Below are positions 25,180-28,733 of a stretch of 28,733 nucleotides of DNA, in pieces. Source of the DNA: a virus. Its lineage: Duplodnaviria; Caudoviricetes. Numbering within the stretch: the first letter of the stretch is position 1; every line of letters begins with the position of its first letter. The stretch spans positions 1 through 28,733 of IMG/VR virus record IMGVR_UViG_3300031519_010894; one strand, written 5' to 3'. Made by a program: the position numbers and the translations under genes. Below the pieces are notes generated by a model that was given only the letters and a program-made list of their open reading frames with translations, searched no databases and was not told the origin of the DNA.

Positions 25180-27030
25180 ATGGGTGAAATTATGTCGGGA
25201 AAATCCGCTACTATGAACAATAGCCAGTCTGAGATGGGTGGTCAAATGAAGCCAGGAGGGGAGCCTTCGGAGTTTAGTCGGGCAAACTTAGTTGAGGACT
25301 TGGGGATTGCGGCGCCATCTGGCGACCTGTCAATTGACTTGGACAACAACAAGAAAGTTTTGCTTGAAAGGGGGATTACCATCAAGCACGCTCAAGCCGA
25401 GCCAGACATGGGCAAGGGCGTAGTCCAGTTTATTGCTTCTACTGAAGGGGTTAAACGGGACGGGAACCGTGTCCGTAACGATGGTTGGTCTTTTGATAAC
25501 TTTGCCAAAAATCCACAATTCTTGTGGTGCCACGATTACAGCTCTCTCCCCATTGGAAAGCACGTTGATTGGAAAGTGGACAAAGTAGATGGAGAACCTG
25601 TTCTCCGCCTTTGGAGTCAGTTTTGTTCGGAAGACCTTTACCCATTCGCCGACAAGGTTCGGAAGATGTACGAAGAGGGCTTCCTTCGAGCCGGATCAAT
25701 CGGTTGGATCCCTTTGAAGTATGAAACAATCGTAGACAAGAACGGGTATGCCGTTGGTTACGACTTCTTAGAAAATGACTTGCTTGAATTTTCGGCTGTC
25801 CCTGTGCCATCTGACCCGAATGCTTTAATTGAAGCAGTACAACGCGGAGTGCTTTCCTCCGAGGACATGGAAAGGCTTGTGGCTAACCGTAAGTCTAAAG
25901 ACAACTTAAATCTTTCTTATCGGCTTACCAATCAAGAGCATTCCGCAGGAGCCGTTTCGGACAAAGAGGTGACTATTGTGAATGTTGAAGAAGATATCAT
26001 TGATCCAATTGTGGCAGAAGGCGTTGAGCAACGAGCCTCAGGAAATAAGATAGGCCGAGGATGCGAAGCCGACCTTAGCGAAGAAGTTGAAGTTTCCGGC
26101 AAGGTTGAATCTGAGTTGCGAGGCGACGCGCGGGCCGAAGTTTCTGCCCCGGAAGAAACGATAGAAGCCGCTGAAGCCCGAGACGAAATTGAAACAGAAG
26201 AGTCTCGGCCTCATGCCCCAGAGCACGTTGAAACTGAGGAAGATAAAGAGGGCGAAGAGGGCGAAGAGGGCGAAGAAGACGAAGAAGACGAAGAGCGCGG
26301 GGGGATGGACGACGGGGACAGCGTAAAAGAAAAGCTAGTCTACGTGTTGCAGGAAGCAAGTAAGGACTTCACTACAAAAATTGTTTCCGCAGTCATGGAA
26401 GTCGTGGCTCTTGATGAAGATGGCGGGCGGTCGGGAGAGGCTTGCGGCGAAGATGAAACTGGCGCGGCTGAGGATTGCTCTGCCGAAGAAGAGCGCTCAA
26501 GCGAAGATGCTCCAGCCGAGAAGACCGACGCGGAGCTTTTGCTCGATCAACTGGTTTCAGCAGACGCGCCATATGTTCATTCGGCGGAGGAAGAAGCTGA
26601 AACGAGGATTGGGGCAAAAATGTCTCGCGAAAACAAAGACCGCTTGGGCCGATGCCGAGATGTTTTGAAGGATGTGGTTACGGAGATTGATAAGCTGATG
26701 GAGGAGCGCGACAGCGTTGAAAAGATTGACGATGAGCCGATGGACGGTGAAGCTCCAGAGGCAGACGAAGCTAAGATGAGCGTTTCGGAGGATTCAGTTG
26801 AGGCAGGGCTGGACTGGGCTCGAGCAGCAGATATGGCTGCTCTTATTAAGAAAAATCTAGGTCTGGTTGAGCCGGAAAAAACTCCGGGGATCTCATCGGA
26901 GTCCGTGCATGGCCGGGCGCAAGATATTCTAGCTGCACTTGGCGGAAAGCCCTCAAGCAAAGTTGAGAAGCATGAAGTTAAGTCGGACTATCTTAAGGAG
27001 CTTGTTAGGCGGGTCAAATCTCATAAGTGA
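25180..27030 (+). CDS. HK97-type prohead protease with long acidic C-terminal (scaffold-like) extension
   Basis: FIAST...RDG, NPQFLWCHD, PIGK, GSIGW and LLEFSAVPVPSDPNA, followed by about 380 Glu/Asp-rich residues. Confidence 0.88.
   Translation: MGEIMSGKSATMNNSQSEMGGQMKPGGEPSEFSRANLVEDLGIAAPSGDLSIDLDNNKKVLLERGITIKHAQAEPDMGKGVVQFIASTEGVKRDGNRVRNDGWSFDNFAKNPQFLWCHDYSSLPIGKHVDWKVDKVDGEPVLRLWSQFCSEDLYPFADKVRKMYEEGFLRAGSIGWIPLKYETIVDKNGYAVGYDFLENDLLEFSAVPVPSDPNALIEAVQRGVLSSEDMERLVANRKSKDNLNLSYRLTNQEHSAGAVSDKEVTIVNVEEDIIDPIVAEGVEQRASGNKIGRGCEADLSEEVEVSGKVESELRGDARAEVSAPEETIEAAEARDEIETEESRPHAPEHVETEEDKEGEEGEEGEEDEEDEERGGMDDGDSVKEKLVYVLQEASKDFTTKIVSAVMEVVALDEDGGRSGEACGEDETGAAEDCSAEEERSSEDAPAEKTDAELLLDQLVSADAPYVHSAEEEAETRIGAKMSRENKDRLGRCRDVLKDVVTEIDKLMEERDSVEKIDDEPMDGEAPEADEAKMSVSEDSVEAGLDWARAADMAALIKKNLGLVEPEKTPGISSESVHGRAQDILAALGGKPSSKVEKHEVKSDYLKELVRRVKSHK
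26248..26295 (+). repeat. In-frame 9-bp tandem repeats (EGE x3, EDE x2)
   Basis: (GAGGGCGAA)3 followed by (GAAGACGAA)2. Confidence 0.85.
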
Positions 27031-27035
27031 TAAAT

Positions 27036-27064
27036 TTGACAGTTTTATAAAATTGTTATAAATT
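27036..27064 (+). promoter_or_regulatory. Sigma70-like promoter for the capsid gene
   Basis: TTGACA (27036-27041), a 17-bp spacer and TAAATT (27059-27064). A near-palindrome ACAGTTTTATAAAATTGT overlaps the spacer. Confidence 0.55.
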
Positions 27065-27181
27065 GCAATTGGCTGGTAATCGGCAGCTTTAGCTGCAGCG
27101 AATACACCGTCAAGTTCATTTAGACTTAGAAGATAAGACAAATAAAGATCAAACCATTTATCAATTGAAAGGATAATTAAA

Positions 27182-28414
27182 ATGGCTTCAGAAAAAAATG
27201 TAATTATTCGTGGCGGCGAAGACGAAAATCTTCACACCATGATGGAGGTCCTTGAGGGGATTTCCGCTCGTACTAAGGAACTGGGCGATGTAGGTAGTGA
27301 TGTTGACGATCTCAAAGGGGCTATTGAGCGTCTTTCGGCTCGTTGTGACCAGCTTGATAAAGAGCTGCCCCAAGGGCAGAAGGTGTTCGCGGCGGAGACT
27401 CCGGGCAAAGATTCGGCCCTTCGTGAGTTTGGCAGCACAATTTCTAGCGCATGGCGGCTCAAGCACTACGGTCGTGCGGGCGGAGCTGCTGGTAACGATG
27501 GCGATGCGACCACCGGGGGCGGCGTCCTTGTGCCGCAGATCACCTATGACAAGGTTGCTCGCATTGTAGAGGAGGCTTCGATCATTCGTAACATTGCTAC
27601 GATTGTGCCGATGTCCTCCAACACGATGGTGATGCCAACCCGATCCAGTGGGCCTTCCGTTTCTTGGCTCGCTGATCAGGGCGCTGCGCAGGCGACCAAA
27701 ACTTCGGTCGTGTTCGACAACCCGACGCTTTCCAGCAAAACGCTGATGGCGATTGACGAAGTTTCGGCTGAGCTGGACGAAGATTCCATTGTTGCCCTTG
27801 AGCCCTTCTTCGCTCAGATGTTTGCGGAAGCGGTTGGTAAGGAAGAGAACAAGCAGGCTTTCAATTCTTCTTCTCCCTTCACTGGCGTTGCCTCTGACAG
27901 CAACATTACCTCCGTCGAGTTTGGCAACGATGGCCAGGCCTTTGGCAGCGTTTCTCACTCTGACCTTGTTAACCTGCAGTATACCGCAGATCCCAAGGTT
28001 ATCCACAAAGGAACCTTCATCATGCACCCTGATGCTTTTAAAGAGTGTGTGAACTTGAAGGACTCCAACGGTCGCCCGATCTATGCTTCGGCATGGTACG
28101 GTGGTGGCCCGGCTACGGGCGCAGCTCAGCCCAACGAGCCGGTCTCGCAGCAGGCGCAGGCTTCGATCCTCTTGGGTCGCCCTGCTTACCTGACGGAGAC
28201 AATGCCGACTAGCGCAGCGAGCGCAATTTTCGCTGTGTTCGGCGACTTCAGCAAGTTTGCCTTCGGTGATCGCAAGCAGATGACCATTGATTGGTCGGAT
28301 CAGGTTTACTATGAGCATGGTAACCTGGCGCTTCGTGTCCGTGAGCGTATCGCAATGAAGACCCTGATTACAGGGGCCTTCTCGCGACTGGCTGTCGGTA
28401 ACGGCGGCAACTAA
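27182..28414 (+). CDS. Major capsid protein, HK97 fold
   Basis: Coiled-coil N-terminal delta domain, GGVLVP, VSAELDEDS, LKDSNGRPIY, ILLGRP, FGDFS and R.RER. AAAGGA RBS and strong codon bias. Confidence 0.96.
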   Translation: MASEKNVIIRGGEDENLHTMMEVLEGISARTKELGDVGSDVDDLKGAIERLSARCDQLDKELPQGQKVFAAETPGKDSALREFGSTISSAWRLKHYGRAGGAAGNDGDATTGGGVLVPQITYDKVARIVEEASIIRNIATIVPMSSNTMVMPTRSSGPSVSWLADQGAAQATKTSVVFDNPTLSSKTLMAIDEVSAELDEDSIVALEPFFAQMFAEAVGKEENKQAFNSSSPFTGVASDSNITSVEFGNDGQAFGSVSHSDLVNLQYTADPKVIHKGTFIMHPDAFKECVNLKDSNGRPIYASAWYGGGPATGAAQPNEPVSQQAQASILLGRPAYLTETMPTSAASAIFAVFGDFSKFAFGDRKQMTIDWSDQVYYEHGNLALRVRERIAMKTLITGAFSRLAVGNGGN

Positions 28415-28416
28415 AA

Positions 28417-28439
28417 ACTAAGTCTAATTTAGACTTAGT
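28417..28439. repeat. Perfect 10-bp inverted repeat just after the capsid stop
   Basis: ACTAAGTCTA-ATT-TAGACTTAGT. Confidence 0.8.
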
Positions 28440-28444
28440 GTCTG

Positions 28445-28484
28445 GAGGGGTGCAGGGGTATTTCCTTGCACCCCTCTTTTTTTT
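28445..28484 (+). terminator. Rho-independent terminator after the capsid gene
   Basis: Hairpin GAGGGGTGCAGGG...CCTTGCACCCCTC followed by T8. Confidence 0.9.
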
Positions 28485-28517
28485 GACCGGCTTCGAAAGA
28501 TGAGGTAAAATATAAAT

Positions 28518-28712
28518 ATGAGAGTTAAATTAAAAGAGAAGCTAGATACTTCAATTGGCCCTAGGGAAATTGGGGAGGTAGACTTGCCGAAGGAGGAAGC
28601 TCTTAGCTTAATCCGCGACAACAAGGCGAGCTTGGCATCGCCCCCGGGGCGCTTTCTCGCTGGGGGGCGTGGTGTCCTGGACCGAATGCTGAAGACAATC
28701 TTGACTCGATAG
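28518..28712 (+). CDS. Small head-module protein (64 aa)
   Basis: The pattern MRVKL...GEVDLPKEEALSLIRDNKA resembles small genes that follow HK97-type capsid genes. Confidence 0.6.
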   Translation: MRVKLKEKLDTSIGPREIGEVDLPKEEALSLIRDNKASLASPPGRFLAGGRGVLDRMLKTILTR

Positions 28713-28733
28713 GCGGATTGCGTTGTCTTTCAA

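Larger units (their letters stand above)
1..28733. mobile_element. Tailed dsDNA phage or prophage segment with HK97-like head module
   Basis: Terminase-portal-protease-capsid gene order, plus phage-type recombination and replication genes. No host housekeeping genes and no att site or integrase are visible. Confidence 0.95.

Noticed and set aside
26248-26295. Tandem repeats as a CRISPR array or regulatory VNTR
   Set aside because: They are 9-bp in-frame units with no spacers, encoding an acidic low-complexity tract.
27188-28318. 376 aa ORF antisense to the capsid gene
   Set aside because: It is a codon-aligned mirror of a strongly biased gene and has no recognisable motifs, so it is most likely a shadow ORF.
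1-28733. Stop-codon reassignment, introns or inteins
   Set aside because: Core genes (TerL, RNR, primase-helicase, capsid) are uninterrupted and of ordinary length in the standard code.

Overview
This window is a 28.7 kb piece of a tailed dsDNA phage or prophage genome with an HK97-type head. No host housekeeping genes, rRNA, tRNA, CRISPR array or integrase are visible. From left to right it holds: small leftward genes, including a signal-peptide SNase-like nuclease; an XRE-type regulator; a recombination module (Cas4-like exonuclease, Sak4-like ATPase, SSB, Hjc-like resolvase); a seven-gene antisense operon (GT4, a second GT-A-like glycosyltransferase, two paralogous ATP-grasp ligases, a PLP class-V enzyme, a HAD phosphatase and a PIG-L deacetylase); replication and nucleotide genes (putative initiator, T7/Twinkle-like primase-helicase, Nmad1/DUF1599-like protein, class II RNR, prim-pol/HTH protein); an HNH nuclease; an RRM RNA-binding protein; and the packaging and head genes (TerS, TerL, portal-MuF fusion, prohead protease with a long acidic extension, major capsid protein). 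The best candidate for an undescribed system is the seven-gene operon, which looks like a sugar-plus-amide-ligation pathway for an unknown target (DNA, virion or cell surface). The second is a set of three dispersed paralogs of an uncharacterised helical domain, one fused to an AP2-like domain. All calls come from motifs read by eye; no database searches were run.
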